NCBI GenBank assembly: GCA_951406725.2
Contig: OX597827.1
Span: 72,168,001-72,232,000 of the forward strand
Reading direction: 5' to 3'
From: Octopus vulgaris
Lineage: Eukaryota
DNA length: 64,000 bases
The notes under the pieces are model-generated. The model did not search any database, was not told the DNA's origin, and saw nothing but the letters and a program-made list of their open reading frames with translations. Below are positions 25,831 to 38,739 of this stretch, piece after piece (within the stretch, counting starts at the first letter, position 1; each line of letters opens with the position of its first letter). A program made the translations under genes and the position numbers.

Positions 25831-25842
25831 ATTATTATTATG
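25655..25842. repeat. Compound (CAT)n(CAC)n(TAT)n microsatellite
   Basis: Directly visible. Confidence 0.9.
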
Positions 25843-26470
25843 CAAGGTGGTGAGCTGACAGAATCATTAGCATGCTGGATGGAATGCTTACCTCATTCTG
25901 AGTTCAAATTCTGCCGAGGTTGACTTTGCTTTTCATCTTTTTGGGAGTCAATAAATTAAGTACTAGTGAAACACTGGGGGTTGATGTAATCGACTTAATC
26001 CCTTCCCCCAAGCTGCCGCTGTAGCAAAAATTTTAAATCGTTATTATTAAGTAAGGTGGTGAGCTAGCAGAGTCATTAGCGTGCTGGACGAAATGCTTAA
26101 CAGTATTTTGCCTGTTGCTATGTTCTGAGTTCAAATTCCACCGAGGTTGACTTTGCTTTTCATTCTTTCAGCATCGATAAAATAAGTACCAGTTGGACAC
26201 TGGGGTCAATGTAATTGACTCATCTCCCCTCTCTCTACATTGCTGCCCTTGTGGCAAAATTTGAAACCATAAGGCAGCGAGCTGGCAGAATTGTTAGCAC
26301 GCTGGATGAAATGCTTAGCAGTATTTCGCCTATCGCTATGTTCTGAGTTCAAATTTCACCGCAGTCAACTTTGCCTTTCATCCTTTCGGGGGTCGATAAA
26401 TTAAGTACCAGTAATGTTTTACTGGGGTTGAATGTTATAAACTAGTCCCCTCCTCCAAAATTTCAGAACT
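25843..26470 (+). mobile_element. Three tandem SINE family 2 copies
   Basis: Three successive AAGG.GG.GAGCT heads at ~25844, ~26052 and ~26271. Confidence 0.8.
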
Positions 26471-26548
26471 CAGAACATAGCTATAACAAACAATAATAAG
26501 CAATATTTTCACTTTCTCCCTTTGCCACTCACATTTGAACTATTTCAG

Positions 26549-26671
26549 GTGAATCTAGACAGTTTGGAGGCATTGGATGTTCTTCACCATCTCTTTGAAT
26601 CAGTGGCACCAAGTGTTTTTCGGCCTGTCGATATTCTGCTGAAAACCTTAGTGGCTAAACCAGCAGATGTA
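26549..26671 (+). CDS. HTT: HTT exon 19
   Basis: tttcag|...GTA|gtgag; VNLDSLEALDVLHHLFESVAPSVFRPVDILL. Confidence 0.95.
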
Positions 26672-27437
26672 GTGAGTATACATTCTATAGATTCTTTTAT
26701 TATTTTTCACTGGTTTCATTCATTGAACTGCAGACATTGCAGGGTTCTGCTTTCAAGTGTCTTTTTCTGTTTTTTTTTTTCAATCTATCATATAGATCCT
26801 AGTAGTTCCTTTATTTTTCTATAATCTCTCTCTAATATATATTACCTCAATACATCTGACTAATATGGGCATAATGAGATACTCTTATCTACGGGCTGAA
26901 ACAGCTGTAAGATCCATTTTATATATATTATCCTTATGGTATTATCTTACTTATTGATGTATATTGTTTTATTCTGTATTATTCTGTTGGATTTGGATGT
27001 TCCTATTTAATATAAATAATTAGTTAATAAATTATATGAATTGGTATTATCTGGAAGTTGATGATTGAAAGAAATCTATTCCTCCATTTTCTTATTTTGT
27101 ATATATATATATATATTTATTTATTTATTTATTTATGTGCCCTTTTCAAGGCTAGCCAGGCTCATGGGCCCAGTTTCCTGGTTTCTGTGGCATGTGTGTT
27201 CCCCCCAGCTGGACCGGACGTCAGTCCATCGCAGCGCTACTCAAGAAACAGGAAGAAAGACTGAAAGAAAGTTGGAGCAAAAGTGTACAACAGGTGTCCC
27301 CACCCACCTTCCTGCTGGAGCCTCGTGGTGCTTTAGGTGTTTTCGCTCAATAAACACACACAATGCCCGGTCTGGGAATTGAAACCGTGATCCTCTGACC
27401 GCGAGTCCGCTGCCCTAACCACTGGGCCATTGTGCCT

Positions 27438-27471
<34 letters not shown>

Positions 27472-27473
27472 AG

Positions 27474-27516
<43 letters not shown>

Positions 27517-27907
27517 AGCATGGAAAACGGACGCTAAATGATGATGATGATGATGATGATGATATATGTATATATATATTTATTCTGCTTGTTTTATTCA
27601 TTTGACTGTGGCCATGCTGGAGCACTGCCTTTAGTTGAAGAAATTGAACCCAGGACTTATTATTTGTAAGCCTGTTACTTATTCTATTGGTCTCTTTTGC
27701 CAAACCGCTAAGTTATGAGGATGCAAACACACCAACATTAGTTGTCAAGCAATGGTGGAGGGGGGGCCAAACACAGACACAAAGATGGGCTCTCAGTTTC
27801 CATCTACCTGATCCACTCACAAGGCTTTGGTCAGCCTGAGCCTATAGTAGAAGACACTTGCCCAAGGTGTCATGCAGTTTGAATTTGAATCAAACTATTT
27901 TAGTCAG

Positions 27908-28327
27908 ACTACTCTTTACTCTCTTTTACTCTTTTACTTGTTTCAGTCATTTGACTGCGGCCATGCTGGAGCACCGCCTTTAGTCGAGCAAATCGACCCC
28001 GGGACTTATTCTTTGTAAGCCCAGTACTTATCCTATCGGTCTCTTTTGCCGAACCGCTAAGTGACGGGGACGTAAACACACCAGCATCGGTTGTCAAGCA
28101 ATGCTAGGGGGACAAACACAGACACACAAACACACACACATGCATATATATATATACATATACGACAGGCTTCTTTCAGTTTCCGTCTACCAAATCCACT
28201 CACAAGGCATTGGTCGGCCCGGAGCTATAGCAGAAGACACTTGCCCAAGATGCCACGCAGTGGGACTGAACCCGGAGCCATGTGGTTGGTTAGCAAGCTA
28301 CTTACCACACAGCCACTCCTGCGCCTA
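27908..28327 (-). mobile_element. SINE family 1 copy
   Basis: Near-consensus, CpG-rich (young) copy. Confidence 0.85.
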
Positions 28328-28429
28328 CTTTGTATCTTACTCTATACATTGATTACCAGCTGCTATTTATTCTTTTCATTTTTTGTGTCCCTGTATACAT
28401 ATTCACATAATTAAGTGTTACCTTTGCAG

Positions 28430-28689
28430 TCGAGTGTCACCGGTCTGCAGCGTTGGCAGTGTTTAGTTCTGTCGTTGCTGCGTGTGATTATATCCCAGTC
28501 GAAGGAGGAAGTGGTGCTATCACGGCTTGAGGAGCTGTGCCTGTCCGTTTGTATCTTGAAGCGAAACCCAGACTATGTGGTGGTCCCTCAGGTCGAAGAA
28601 GAGATGGAGGAAGATCAAGAAAGAGAAGGGGCTGAAGTTTTGGCTAAAGAACTGCCTCAGGCACTTCCACCTGAAAACACAGTTGCCAG
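28430..28689 (+). CDS. HTT: HTT exon 20
   Basis: ttgcag|...AG|gtaag; LRVIISQSKEEVVLSRLEEL...PPENTVAR. Confidence 0.95.
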
Positions 28690-29685
28690 GTAAGAGTTAT
28701 GTTTTTATTTTCAGTGTTGCTCAACAAGCTGCCCTTCACTGAAAAACTACATCAAGTACAGACATGGCTGTGTGATCAAGAAGTTCACTTTGAAACTATG
28801 CAGTTTCAAGTTCAATCCCACTGCACAACACCTCAGGTTACCTAGGATTACATGATGCAGTGTATCCTTCCTTCTCTTTAACCATTTCAATACCAGCCTG
28901 ACTGAAAGCACCTCTGGCTCTGTAATACATATGTATTGTTTACATAAGTTTTGAATTAAAATCTTCCACCAAACCTTAGTCACAATTTATGTTCCTAACA
29001 CTAGCTTAATCATAACCAAGTTCATCATCATCATTTAATGTCTGTTTTCCATGCTAGCATGGGTTGGACAATTTGACTGAGGACTTGCGAACCAGATGGC
29101 TGCACCAGGCTCCAATCTTGATCTGGCAGAGTTTCTACAGCTGGATGCCCTTTTCAATGCCAACCACTCCGAGAGTGTAGTGGGTGCTTTTATGTGCCAC
29201 CGGCATGAGGGCCAGTCAGGCGGTACTGGCAACAGCCATGCTCGAATGGTGTTTTTTACGTGCCACCTGCACAGGAGCCAGTCCAGCAGCACTGGCATTT
29301 TACTAAATTCTTTGTTATATTTAAAATTAGTTGGAAGAAACACAGAGCATCCCAAAATAAATACAGTAATGAAAGGGTTAATAACATAACTTGGTGGATG
29401 TTTGGCTACTATGTTTAGTAGGTCAACAACCATATAGTGCTTTCTTCAAAGGCTTCACTAACTGACATTAACATGTTAACCACCATGTTAACCACATTAG
29501 TGACTGTTGTGTGAAGTTAAGCAATGAACTACCAGTGACACAGGTGGCAGTTAACATGTTGATATACTGAAGTTAGCTCTATCCATTAATCTCTACCTCC
29601 CACACACACAGACACCAGCCCTTTATGTCTTAGTAAGAAGTCATCATTTCGTTTATGTAATTTTTATATTTGACTTATTTTCCAG

Positions 29686-29834
29686 GTTCCTGTTTCAAGT
29701 TGCTGGTCTTGTTGCTGATACTATCAGCCAGAAAGTTAGCAATCTTACATTCCTTGAAGGCGGCCAGAATATAGACTTCCTTTGCCAACAGTTGTCCCAT
29801 TTGCTGTTGTTTGTGACTCATATGTTTCAGTCAG
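29686..29834 (+). CDS. HTT: HTT exon 21
   Basis: ttccag|...G|gtagg; FLFQVAGLV...FLCQQLSHLLLFVTHMFQS. Confidence 0.94.
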
Positions 29835-30917
29835 GTAGGTGCTTTGTGCCTCTTCGTTCTAAACATAACTGTAGTGAGACAGACAAATAACTAGTGTGTG
29901 TGTGTGTGTGTGTAATACATGTGTGGTAGTTTTGGGCTACTGTGTTTGTGTGTTGTAACAAATGTGTGTGGTAGCATGGGTTAATGTGTATGTTTGTGTG
30001 TTGCAACAAACATGGGTTTGATAGAGCCGTGAATGCTTGTGTGTGTAAAAGCTAATGTGTTAGTGTAAAGTGTGTTTGTATGGGACTGTAGTGTGTGTAT
30101 GCATGAGGTGATATGGAAAGTGACCACATCAATGACCATGTCAAAAGTTCAGATTAGTCTCTCTGTGTGCGTGTGTGTGTGTATGCATGCATGTGATGGT
30201 GTGTGTGTATGCATGTGATAGTGTGTGTGTGAATTTATTTTTTCATCTGTTGGATGAGGGTTAAATCGAAATTCTCTTTCATAGATGCTATTTGCTGAAT
30301 ATTTAGTGTTCGCTGTTGATTGGAGCACACAAAGAATATATAAGGATTTAGCCACCACCCATGAAAGGGTGGTGTCATTTACTATGGTTTGCTAATTGTT
30401 TTAGACGACTGTGTAGTCACAAAACAGAGGCACTCTCTCAACTCCCCCATCTTTTGACCCAGTAGCACATCCAGGATGTGACAACTGAAGGGATGGAGTT
30501 GGGTTGTACCAGCACCTGGCTGGTTTTCATTTTCAGTTGAGTAAACTGCAGCAGCTTGAAATGAAGTGCCTTGCTCAAGGGCACAACCCATTGCTCTGTG
30601 CAGGAATTGAACCCACAGCGTTAAGATCCTAACACCCTAACCACCAAAGCATGCACCTTCGAACCAGTAATATACTGCATTTAAACTGGCCATATCTGGT
30701 CCAAATATTCTACCTGTTTTATGTTCAAACCAGCCTAATTTGGTCTCTCACACTTACCCTGCAATGCCATTCTAAAAGTAAACAATCACATCACTGAAAT
30801 CTCAAAGCCACAAGATAATGCATGATTAATTCAAAACAATGTCAATAAATAAGCAGAACATTTGACATGGTAATCTGAATGCTGAACAGTTTAAACGGCT
30901 TATTTCATTGTTTCCAG

Positions 30918-31146
30918 GTCTATTCAGACGGGTAGCAACAGCTGCCATGGGAATTGTCCAAGAAGAGGTCGAGCCCTTCATGTACAGTATCGAGGAGATA
31001 AACCAAAGTTTCTTGTGCCTCGGGGTCAGCTTCCCGACGATCACACTGCAGTGGTGCAACATTCTAATCTTGCTCAACTCTTATGATCCTCACTGGTGGA
31101 GTGCAATCATGCAGACACCAAACAAATTCATTATTCCAAGTCCCAG
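30918..31146 (+). CDS. HTT: HTT exon 22
   Basis: ttccag|...AG|gtaag; GLFRRVATAA...LQWCNILILLN...WWSAIMQTP. Confidence 0.94.
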
Positions 31147-31606
31147 GTAAGACAATCATGGAGATTACCATCATCATCATCATCATCATCGTTTGACATT
31201 TGTTTTCCTTACTGGCATGGGTTGGACAGCTTGATAGGAGCCAGCAAGGCCAGGAGTCACTCTAGGTTCTATAATCTGTTTTGGCTTGGTTTTTACAGCT
31301 GGATGCCCTTCTTAATACTGACCACTCCACAGAGTGTACTGGGTGTTTTTTTACGTGGCACCAACACCTACACCAATGCTTTTTATGTAGCACCTTGGTT
31401 TTAGGATCTCAATTTTGTTGTGGTGGGTGGGTCCAAGACCCAGGTAAGAGAGGAATGATACAGAATGTTGATTTAAACCAGTGCTTCTTCACCTTTTTTT
31501 TTTTTCATAATACCCCCTTTTTAAGTAGTTATGCCTAGCACCCACCTAATGGTGAATGAGGTATCACAACTAAACTAACTTAATGAGGTATCACAACTAA
31601 ACTAAC

Positions 31607-31797
31607 TCACGCTCAGAGTTGCTGAAGCATGGAATAAACTGCCTGCGTCAGTTGTTGACTGCCATGACACTGCATCCTTTAAGGCCCTCATGCTTTCCGA
31701 AATCCGCCGAAACTACACCTGATTATATATACACTTTAGATAAGTTGTAGTGCACCTGAGCACTGTACACAATTATTATTATTATTATTATTATTAT
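31607..31797 (+). mobile_element. Short 3' fragment of the same CR1-type LINE
   Basis: Near-identical to the reverse complement of 61745-61915; (TTA)n tail. Confidence 0.88.
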
Positions 31798-32135
31798 TTA
31801 ATATAGATTTTAACCCTTTTGTTACTAACTTGGCTCTGGCTCTGTAGTACGAATGTCTTGTTTTCATAGGTCTTGAATTAAAATCTTCCACCAAACCTTA
31901 GTCACAATTTATGTTCCTAACACCAGCTGAATGATAACTAAGTTATTTTACTAAATTCTTTGTCATATTTTAAAATAATTGAAAGAAACACAGAGCATCT
32001 CAAAGTATATACAGTAACGAAAGGGTTAAGTTGTAAATTATTTTACTCAAACAATGGATTGTATAAAAATTTTGAAGCAATTGTCGTGATTAATAATAAA
32101 TTCTCGTATATTCTATCTCCTGTCTTTCATTTGTC

Positions 32136-32166
<31 letters not shown>

Positions 32167-32524
32167 TGTGTGTGTCTTATTTTCATACTTCTTTGCATTT
32201 ATATCATTATACACACAGATATATATGATATCTTTATATATAAAAGTCAAGTTGTGTGTCTGTCTCCTACGATTTAGATTCCTAACTACTCCCACATTTT
32301 GCGGTGTAGTTTAACCAAAACCGGGTATCTTATAGTCGTGATTCATATCGAGCCCTTCTGGGTATTAGCGCGCGTCTACGATGAGTCAACGATTTAAAAA
32401 AAAATTTACCATCATTTTTTTCCCATTTTTAATGCATTTTTTGGCTATTTTTTTGGCTATAACTCTCTAAAAATGCTTATATAGTTATTTCCCTTACAAA
32501 CCTGAGCAACGCCGGGCGATATTA

Positions 32525-32525
<1 letters not shown>

Positions 32526-32599
<74 letters not shown>

Positions 32600-32645
32600 G
32601 ATATATATATATATGATATATATATATATAATATATATATATTTA
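32526..32645. repeat. (TA)n microsatellite
   Basis: Directly visible; one of many (TA)n/(CA)n tracts. Confidence 0.9.
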
Positions 32646-32798
32646 TAGGCTGCACACCCTCATAAGCCATAAATAACGAAAGGTCAAAAAAACATGCTTA
32701 ATTAGTTGTAGCCCCATCCACACCTCACTGCACCCACCCTTGACTTTATTTACCCCTAACTGATGGTTGTATCTCTCTCTCTTGCTCTCTGTTTTCAG

Positions 32799-32901
32799 CC
32801 ACCATCTGTCAGTAATGCCTGACATTCCAAGAACACCAGTTCACAGTTGCAATGTTGAGATTGTCCGACGTGGAGCGCTGGTTCTCTTCTGTGATTATGT
32901 G
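32799..32901 (+). CDS. HTT: HTT exon 23
   Basis: tttcag|...GTG|gtgcg; CNVEIVRRGALVLFCDYV. Confidence 0.94.
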
Positions 32902-34339
32902 GTGCGTCTCACTCTTGATTTGCTCAGTTTTCTTTGTATGCATACATATGTATGTGTGTGTGTGTGTATTACTGTAGTACCCATCTCATGTGTGTGTGTG
33001 TGTGTGTTTGTCTGTGTTACTGTTATTCTCCTTGTCCTGTCTTTTACTGTTTATATTTTGTACTGTCTTTACTGTCCTGTTTTTGTTACCATTTTTACCC
33101 CTCCGCAAAAAAATCTCAAATTTTATTTAATTTGCTTTTTGCGGAAAAGAATGTTTCATTAAAGTCATGTCTCATCGGCTTGACCTTCGAAACACGGAGT
33201 AGATGAAACAAAGGCGACTGAAGAAGGGAAATTTTCCTTGTATTGTATGTCCTGTACTCTATTTTTTCGTTGTTTAAGAAAAATGTCCATTTCCTTGGTT
33301 TTGTGTTTATGTTTTCGTTTCTCATTGTGTTCGACGTTTTTGGTGTCCTGTACCCATATATGCATGTATATATACATGTAGAGGTAGGTACGTACATATA
33401 TGTATGTATATATGCACATGTTTTATTTTATTTATTAATTTATTATATATATATGTATGTATGAATATATAGTGTGTGTGTATATATATATTTGTGGGTA
33501 CCTCTGTCTAGACATCCTGTGGTAGTTGTAAATGAACATCATCATCCTACACAAGGTTATTTCATTTCCAGTCTTCCATGAGAAACATGTCTGGCTATGG
33601 TGGAAATATTACCTTGCTTGAAACCAGGCGAGGGTTGGTGACAGGAAGGGTACCCAGCTGAAGAGTCTGCCTCAACGAATTGTGTCTGACTCATGCAAGC
33701 ATGGAAAGCTAGCTAGTTTGTTAGTTCTCTCCATGCCACGAGGCACATAAAACTACAACACAGTTATCTCCAAGCAGCTCTGTTTTCTGCCCCTGTTCTG
33801 GTCCCATTCTGGCTTCTCCACTCTTCTTGTCTCATCTCATCACATGGAAAAGTGGACATTAAATGATGATGATGATGATGAAGAGGAGGTTGCAAAAGTC
33901 AGAAACAGTACACCTAAGCATTGACTTATTCTTAGACTGGAAACCTAACTCAAATACTTACCACAAAGTGAGCTATACTGAAGGTACTCAAGAGTCAAGG
34001 GCTGGTGTGAACCTGGTAAAAAATTATCTCTATTACCCTAAAACAGACACAAGCTACCTTTGGATTCTGTACAATTTCTATTTGGCCTATGTCACTCCCA
34101 AGACTATGGTAAAAGACACTCAGACAAGGTACCATGGGGTGGGATTGAACATAGAACCATGTGATTGTGAACTGAACTTCTTAATCATGTCTCCTTACTC
34201 CTCCTTCTCTTTGAGCTTCGTTCAAGCCGCTCGCTTTTATTTTATGCTGCAACATTTTCTATTTCTGTTGATCTTCTCTCTCTTTTCCATGATTTGATTG
34301 AACTAATTACTTAATGATTAACGATTGAATCTCTTCTAG

Positions 34340-34443
34340 TGTGAGAACTTGACAGATGCTGAACACATGACTCAATTAATTATCAATCATGTTAACGATC
34401 TGGTGGAACTATCACATGAATCTCCTGTACAAGACTTAGTCAG
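34340..34443 (+). CDS. HTT: HTT exon 24
   Basis: ttctag|...AG|gtcag; [34 protein letters not shown]. Confidence 0.94.
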
Positions 34444-34651
34444 GTCAGAATTAATATTCTTTACCGAAAATTAAATTTATTCTTATTCCTTTATAAATCT
34501 TTATCACTGTAAAAGCTTACATGTCGTCAGTAACAATATTATTTAGCATGACTGAGGGCAGAATTAAAAGATTTAAGAACAGAATTAATAGAATTTAGGA
34601 CATGGTTAATTTAAGGACATAATTAATAGAATTAAGGACATAATTAATAGT

Positions 34652-35278
34652 ATTCTTTTCTACTTTAGGCACAAGGCCCGAAATTTTGGGGAGGAGCCAG
34701 TCGATTAGATCGACCCCAGTATGCAACTGGTACTTACTTTATCGACCCTGAAAGGATGAAAGGCAAAGTCGACCTTGGCGGAATTTGAACTTAGAATGTA
34801 AAGACAGACAAAATACCTATTTCTTTATTGCCCACATGGGGCTAAACATAGAGGGGACAAACAAGGACAGGCAATGGGATTAAGTCGATTACATCGACCC
34901 CAGTGCGTAACTGGTACTTAATTTATCAACCCCAAAAGGATGAAAGGCAAAGTCGACCTCGGCGGAATTTGAACTCAGAATGTAACGGCAGACGAAATAC
35001 CGTTAGGCATTTCACCTAGCGTGCTAATGCTAACGTGTCTGCCAGCTCGCTGCCTTTTCTAAAAATATTCTTTTCTACTCTAGGCACCAGGCCCAAAATT
35101 ATTTTGGAGGAGAGGGCCAGTCGATTAAATCGACCCCAGTACACAACTGGTACTTAATTTTTCGACCCTGAAAGGATGAAAGGCAAAGTCAACCTTGGTG
35201 GAATTTGAACTCAGAACATAAAGACAGACAAAATACTGCTAAGCATTTTGTCTGGTGTGCCAACATTTTTGCCACTTT
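34652..35278 (-). mobile_element. Cluster of SINE family 2 copies inserted in a 21-bp minisatellite
   Basis: Three bodies; flanked by AGAATTAAGGACATAATTAAT-like repeats at 34560-34650 and 35280-35385. Confidence 0.8.
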
Positions 35279-35502
35279 GGATAATTAATAGTATTAAGGG
35301 GATAATTAATAGAATTAGAGGCATAATGAATAGAATTAAAGATAAGATTAATAGAAATGGGGACATGGTTTAAGAGAATTAAGGATATATTGTCATTTAA
35401 TGTCCGTTGTCATTGATAGATGAATGGCAGAATCAGTAAAATTAAGGTGTGGCAATTGATTTCTTCCATTTACCATTCTCCTGTATTTTATATTGTGTGC
35501 AG

Positions 35503-35578
35503 TGCAATTCACCGAAACTCTGCCGCCAGTGGCCTCTTCATCCAAGCTATACATTCCAGGTTCGAGAACTTGACTAAG
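35503..35578 (+). CDS. HTT: HTT exon 25
   Basis: gtgcag|...AAG|gtaag; [25 protein letters not shown]. Confidence 0.95.
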
Positions 35579-35836
35579 GTAAGATAGCTTTATAATAATA
35601 ATAATACTCCATTTGCCGAGAAGAAGAATGTGTGTATGTGTGTGTGTATGTGCATATATGAGTGTGCGCCTATGTGTACAAGAATTTTGTGTGTGCATGT
35701 GTATGGGTATAGATGTATATATACTTATAGGTGCAGCCTTCTGGCTTCCCAGATCCCCGGTCGAACCATCCAACCCATGCTAGCATGGAAAATGGACTTT
35801 AAACGATGATGATGATGATGATGACATGTGTTTATA

Positions 35837-36046
35837 CAGGGTGTCCCAGAAGTCACCCACCAGTGTGATTTTTTAAAAGAATACACTCTTACTGATTTCA
35901 AAAATGCGTTATTGAAATTAATCATAACAAATGCTCAAATTGAGCACCTTTTACAATAAAACATGCCGAAAAAAATATAATAAAATAGAATGCTTTAATT
36001 ATTTTTAATGAAAACCGGAATGGTGCACGACTTCTGGGACACCCTG
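35837..36046. mobile_element. Tc1/mariner-type MITE
   Basis: Perfect 18-bp TIR CAGGGTGTCCCAGAAGTC / GACTTCTGGGACACCCTG with TA duplication. Confidence 0.88.
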
Positions 36047-36229
36047 TATATGTGTCTATGTGTGTGATGGTGAAGGTTTTGTTAGGATCACAATGTCAGT
36101 GCTCCTTTCCTGCCTCCTTCTTGATGCCAGCTCTGATAGTGAGAGGTACAGGAGGGCTGCAACAAATACCACAAGGCATTCTGTGCTCTGTTTTAATCCT
36201 TCTGTTAATTTGTCACTTTCACTTTCTCA

Positions 36230-36508
36230 TGGGAAACTACCACCTGTGTCATCTCTTGTGAAAGGTAGGAGAGTCCAGTTTGCTGGACATTGTTGTAGAG
36301 CTGAAAAAGAAGTAATTTCTACTCTTCTCCTCTGGAAGCCATCTACTCGCAACACCAGAGAGCGCACACTCTCCTACCCTGATGTAATCTCCAGGGATAC
36401 AGGCATCCACCAACAGGACCTCCGTAATGCTATGATGGACCGTGAAGTCTGGCGCAACATAGTAAATTCCATTGTCTCGACCACGGTCGAACAATGATGA
36501 TGATGATG
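36230..36508 (+). mobile_element. 5'-truncated RTE-clade LINE 3' end
   Basis: Open frame KGRRVQFAGHCCRAEKE...AMMDREVWRNIV followed by stop and (TGA)n tail, typical RTE C-terminus. Confidence 0.8.
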
Positions 36509-36615
36509 AACACATAAAGCGTGATGGGCCACAATCGTAGCCCAGATAGATGATGATAATGATAATGATAATGATGATGATGATGATATTAATTTATTTA
36601 TTTGTTTATTTGTAG

Positions 36616-36792
36616 CCATCTCTTGTGAAGAAAACTCTGCAGTGTTTAGAAGCGATTCATCTGAGCCAGAGCGGTGCACTTTTGACTTTGCTAATTGACA
36701 AATTCCTGCACACCCACCATTTATCTGTGGCCCGCATTTGTGACAGTATTGCCTGCAGAAGACTCGAGACACTTCTTGCAGAAGTGGTTGAA
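36616..36792 (+). CDS. HTT: HTT exon 26
   Basis: ttgtag|...GAA|gtaag; KKTLQCLEAIHLSQSGALLTL...ACRRLETLLA. Confidence 0.96.
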
Positions 36793-37602
36793 GTAAGTTC
36801 TTCTTGCTCTGATATGATCGATTCTTTTCTCTGTAATGCGCGAACGTTAGTACAGGACATGGGAACTTGCAGATGGGTACGCATACATGGGGTCAGAAGA
36901 CATACATTTGAATCCTTTTGTGAACCGTCTTGGACAATTTTGTGTGTATGTGTACGTGTGGTAAGTAGCTTGTTTACCAACCACATGGTCCCGGGTTCAG
37001 TCCCACTGCATTTCACCTTAGGCAAGTGTCTTCTACTATAACCTTGGGCTGACCAATACCTTGTGAGTGGATTTGGTAGACGGAAACTGAAAGAAGCCCG
37101 TCATATATATGTATATATATGCATGTATGTGTTTGTGTGTCTGTGTTTGTCCCCCTAGCATTGCATGACAACCGATGCTGGTGTGTTTATGTCCCCGTTA
37201 CTTAGCGGTTCGGCAAAAGAGACCGACAGAATAAGTACTGGGCTTACAAAAGAATAAGTCCCGGGGTCGAGTTGCTTGATTAAAGGCGGTGCTCCAGCAT
37301 GGCCGCAGTCAAATGACTGAAACAAGTAAAAGAGTAATATGTTTTATCTTTTACTTGTTTCAGTCATTTGACTGTGGCCATGCTGGAGCACCACCTTGAA
37401 GGGTTTTAGTCTCATACAATAATTTTGTCTTGTACAATCTTGTGAAAGAACAATAATTATACTGATTGGATAGTGTGGTGGTGGTAGTGGTGGTGGTGAA
37501 GATAAGAAAGTGGAGATCTTATAAATTGTTTCTGCTATTTTGCTCTGCTATTTCAACCATCACAATGTAATTTATCAGCCACTTAACAGTGGTTACATTA
37601 CT

Positions 37603-37834
37603 TATTTCTTTACTGCACACAAGGGGCTACACACAGAGGGGACCAAACAAGGACAGACAAACGGATTAAGTCGACAATATCAAATCCAGTGCGTAACTGG
37701 TACTTATTTAATCGACCCCGAAAAGATGAAAAGCAAAATCGGCCTCGGTGGAATTTGAACTCAGAACGTAGGGGCAGACGAAATACCACTAAGCATTTCA
37801 CCTGGCGTGCTAACATTTCTGCTAGCTCGCTGCC
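37603..37834 (-). mobile_element. SINE family 2 copy with 19-bp TSD
   Basis: TSD TAACAGTGGTTACATTACT at 37584-37602 and 37835-37853. Confidence 0.88.
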
Positions 37835-38039
37835 TAACAGTGGTTACATTACTAACGTTCGAGGTAGTGAGATGTCCTGCCTCAGATGTAAGTCTGCAAT
37901 GAAAAATAAAGCCACATTCAATCCTGAATCATGTCGTAAATAGAGAATACCAAACGAGTTCCCTATGGATACCGTATTTATTACAAGCCACGAGTTGTAA
38001 TAAATACGGTATCCATAGGGAATGATTTTGGTATTTTAT

Positions 38040-38303
38040 TTATTACACACGAATAAATGACCATATTTTATTAACCCAATAACTAAATTCTTCACGTTTA
38101 GTTGTAACTTATGAATAACAAAAGTAGTGCCGTCACCGTGACCTCGGGTCATCACCATGGATTGACCAATCAGAAGCAGCGCTGTCACCGTGACCTCGGG
38201 TCATCACCATGCATTGACCAATCAGAAGCAGCGCTCGCAGTATCTGACATATGTTAGATACCAAAAATATCTCAAAGTGTTCTCACTCACATGTGTGTAA
38301 TAA
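38040..38303. mobile_element. Small TIR element (Crypton-V-like non-autonomous?) with duplicated CCAAT unit
   Basis: TTATTACACAC / GTGTGTAATAA termini; internal ~52-nt tandem duplication containing GACCAATCAG. Confidence 0.45.
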
Positions 38304-38739
38304 AGTTTAATTAGTCCAGTTGGATTAACAGATAAAGCTACGAGATAATGCATGATTAATTCAAAACAATGTGAATAAATAAGCATTACATTTGATGAAG
38401 AAATCTGAATGCTAAAGGGTTAAAGCAGGGAATTTGTATCCTAAAACCAGGGTCAATTTAAGGCAAGTTGCTATCAAAAGGGTTAAAACACATCTCAACT
38501 CTTGGAACACTGGGGTTCTAAATCTGCTAGGTTAGCAGAATCTTGAATTACATTATCTAAGGTGTATTTCTGTATTTAAGACAACAAGGAGACTTGGCTG
38601 CTATTTTTGGTAAGCCAAGCGATGAAGTTGAGACTCCTTTGTTGGCTTGGTGAAATTGGTTTTTCTCTCCATCACAAATTGGTTTTTCTCTCCATCTCAA
38701 ATCGGTGCTTCTCATACTTGCCTGGATATATTTACATCT

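Noticed and set aside
25600-25858. Poly-His/Gln/Pro ORFs as the HTT polyQ/polyP region
   Set aside because: This is an intronic microsatellite; the polyQ exon would lie upstream of the window.
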